Virus record (IMG/VR): IMGVR_UViG_3300035675_000001
Source of the DNA: a virus
Taxonomy: Duplodnaviria; Caudoviricetes
Length of the DNA: 64,000 nt
Strand: one strand, 5' to 3'
Below, in pieces: positions 62,048 to 64,000 of this stretch. The notes under the pieces were generated by a model. It had not been told where the DNA came from, ran no database searches, and saw only the letters and a program-made list of their open reading frames with translations. Position numbers and translations under genes: made by a program. The first letter of the stretch is position 1, and each line of letters starts with the position of its first letter.

Positions 62048-62536
62048 TTAGCCCTTCGGTTTCTGACTCTCCGCGAACTGCTTAGCGGACGTTTTCAGTG
62101 CTTCACGCATGTCCAAAAGGCCCTCGTTCCATGCTCCAAAGTGGGCGACCGTGGCCCGGAACTCCTGAATGTCAGGCTTCCGGGTCTTGAGACTGATCTC
62201 ACCCTTCTTGTTCCTTTCCACATTGATAGTCATGATGGCTCGATGTATCGCCGCCTTCTTTTTGATGTCATCGGCGTGGGTCCAGAAATAATAGTCCCCG
62301 ACGACGACGAAAGCCGCGCCCGTCAAGAGTTGATAGACGGGTGCGAGCTTGCGGCAGACGATGGGGTTGCCCTTCGGCTCGACGTGCTCCCCTTCGTTGT
62401 TGGTGCGGATGGCGAGTATGGAAGTGATCTTGAGTTCCTGCTCCCGGATGGGATTAAACTCGACATACCGCTTCTCGTTTACAATCGCGTCCACGTCTTT
62501 GGTGAACTCAGCGTTCACTTCATACTCGGTTTTCAT
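62048..62536 (-). CDS. Putative phage metallopeptidase-family protein, degenerate active site
   Basis: FVVVGDYYFW..KKAAIHRAIMTI..RKPDIQEFRATVAHFGAW; HExxH absent. Confidence 0.65.
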   Translation of the reverse strand: MKTEYEVNAEFTKDVDAIVNEKRYVEFNPIREQELKITSILAIRTNNEGEHVEPKGNPIVCRKLAPVYQLLTGAAFVVVGDYYFWTHADDIKKKAAIHRAIMTINVERNKKGEISLKTRKPDIQEFRATVAHFGAWNEGLLDMREALKTSAKQFAESQKPKG

Positions 62537-63963
62537 AGGTCATCGTCCGCAACGCCAGGTATTGATTGTTTACGCCGGGCACGGGTCGGAGGTTCAGGGT
62601 CGGCGTCAACACCTTCCTCGTCTTCCGTCTCCGGCTGATAGAACTCGCCCAGGCCCTCGGTCTCGTAAGCCCGGCGCATAGCTACTTCCCACAGCGCATC
62701 CAAGTCGCGGCGGTGTGCGCGGTAAAAACTCAGCCACTCGTAGCGGTCGGCGATGGACGGGTCTTTGACCCGCTTGCCCTTTTTCCCTTCCTCCTCCTTG
62801 AGCGTGATGTTCTCCGCGAACGTGGTGGTCTCCACTTTGAATTTGCGGAACAGGAAGGTGATGGTGCTGCTGCCCTCCTCGCGCTGGGCGACTTTGAGGA
62901 AAATCAGCGACTCCAGGATGCTGAGCGCGTTGTGCAGCCCGCCCTGCTCCTCGTCGAACAGCAGGACCATGCGAGCCTCGCGCCCTGGCTTGCGGATGCG
63001 GTTTTTGACCGTGCGGAATCCGACCAGGTAGCCAGCCGGGAACTGCGCCCCTTTGACCAGGGTGTATTTGACCGGCACCTGGAACATGAAGACGCGATGG
63101 CTGGCGTAAAAGGCCAGAGCCTTGCCGCCGAAGGTGGAAAAGTCGTCCGCCTGGGGCGTGTTGAACCGGGCCTTGTAGCCCCCGCCTTGCTGGAGGTCTT
63201 TGAACTTGGTCCGCACCTGGTTGGTGAAGATGCAGGCCACGTTGTGTCGGCTGACTTCGTTGGTGATGCAACGGAATCCCAGGCTGATTTGCTGGGCCTG
63301 GCGCGGGTAGTCGCGGTCGCCCCATTCGCGCTCCAGCTCCTCTTTCGAGCTGGTGCCCGCGATGGTGTCCGTGATGAACAGGCCGAACACGATCTTGCCG
63401 GTGTTCTCCTCCTGGTTGTATTTCTCGCGCTCCTTGATCTTCTCGATGAACTTGTCCACGGCCTGGAAGATTTGATCCACCGTGTCGCACATCATGAGAC
63501 CGGTCTTCATCGTGATGCGGTCGATGACTTCCTTGCCCTCCGCGTCGAAGCCAACGTCGGTGATGGTGACCTTGAAGCCTTTTTCCAGGGAGTGCTCGTT
63601 ATCCACGTAGCACTTGATGACCTCGACCTTCTCCGGCTTGACCTGCTTGACCGTGTAGATGAAGCCCTCGCGGGCCACGACTTCGTAGATGAATCCGGCC
63701 TGAAAGCGGCACATCGAACGGACCATCATGGCCGTCTTGCCGCAGTTCTCCAACCCGAACACTTCGCTGATGCGTCCAAAAGGAAATCCGCCTACGATGC
63801 GGTCGTAGGGGTCGATTCCGGTCAGGAGCACATACTTTACGTCGCCCAGGATGTCCTCGTCGGACATCACAATGTCGAAGGTTGCCGCCCCATCCTTCTT
63901 GGGGCGGCAACGCGACATCGAGGCAACGAAAGACTCCGTAAGGTCTTTCGGCATTTTGCCCAT
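62533..63963 (-). CDS. recA: RecA/UvsX recombinase
   Basis: GGFPFGRISEVFGLENCGKT, YVDNEH, ITDTIAG, IFTNQVR, TFGGKALAFYASHR, VKNR. Confidence 0.92.
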   Translation of the reverse strand: MGKMPKDLTESFVASMSRCRPKKDGAATFDIVMSDEDILGDVKYVLLTGIDPYDRIVGGFPFGRISEVFGLENCGKTAMMVRSMCRFQAGFIYEVVAREGFIYTVKQVKPEKVEVIKCYVDNEHSLEKGFKVTITDVGFDAEGKEVIDRITMKTGLMMCDTVDQIFQAVDKFIEKIKEREKYNQEENTGKIVFGLFITDTIAGTSSKEELEREWGDRDYPRQAQQISLGFRCITNEVSRHNVACIFTNQVRTKFKDLQQGGGYKARFNTPQADDFSTFGGKALAFYASHRVFMFQVPVKYTLVKGAQFPAGYLVGFRTVKNRIRKPGREARMVLLFDEEQGGLHNALSILESLIFLKVAQREEGSSTITFLFRKFKVETTTFAENITLKEEEGKKGKRVKDPSIADRYEWLSFYRAHRRDLDALWEVAMRRAYETEGLGEFYQPETEDEEGVDADPEPPTRARRKQSIPGVADDDL

Positions 63964-64000
63964 AGCTATTGGCCTTTCTTGGTGATCTTATCCAGACGGG

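Noticed and set aside
62533-63963. Intein in RecA
   Set aside because: Inserts are short and lack C/S-start and HN-C/S/T splice motifs
1-64000. CRISPR array, tRNA/rRNA, integrase or transposase
   Set aside because: No regularly spaced repeats, cloverleaf-like stretches or recombinase motifs seen; intergenic gaps are mostly too short
1-64000. Stop-codon reassignment
   Set aside because: Conserved genes are full length under code 11, and TAA, TAG and TGA all end genes

Overview
A 64-kb segment of a large, GC-rich (about 60% by eye) T4-like myovirus (probable jumbo phage). Virion genes are portal, prohead protease-scaffold fusion, major capsid, neck/tail completion, sheath, tube, tape measure, baseplate hub/spike/gp25 and fibres. 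They are interleaved, mostly back-to-back, with replication/recombination genes (primase, 5'-3' exonuclease, SbcC, SbcD, RecA/UvsX, two HU), a tandem GroES, two adjacent sigma-like genes and a small sigma70-driven early island. No tRNA, CRISPR array, integrase or transposase was seen. Main unexplained structure: (1) a translationally coupled glycosyltransferase/methyltransferase/sulfotransferase/GH130-like cluster hanging off a late virion operon; (2) a motif-level transcription programme, with TAGTTA/TAnnTA mostly 2-7 nt before virion-gene starts, CGTTCT 7-10 nt before mainly replication/accessory-gene starts, and two candidate phage sigma factors; (3) a strongly over-represented, AT-flanked TGTWWACA site dispersed through coding DNA; (4) a candidate +1/-2 frameshift joining a gp26-like gene to an unannotated gp51-like ORF; (5) apparent complete avoidance of GTAC and of many 6-bp palindromes. 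All family calls come from motif recognition by eye, not database searches, and all counts are manual.
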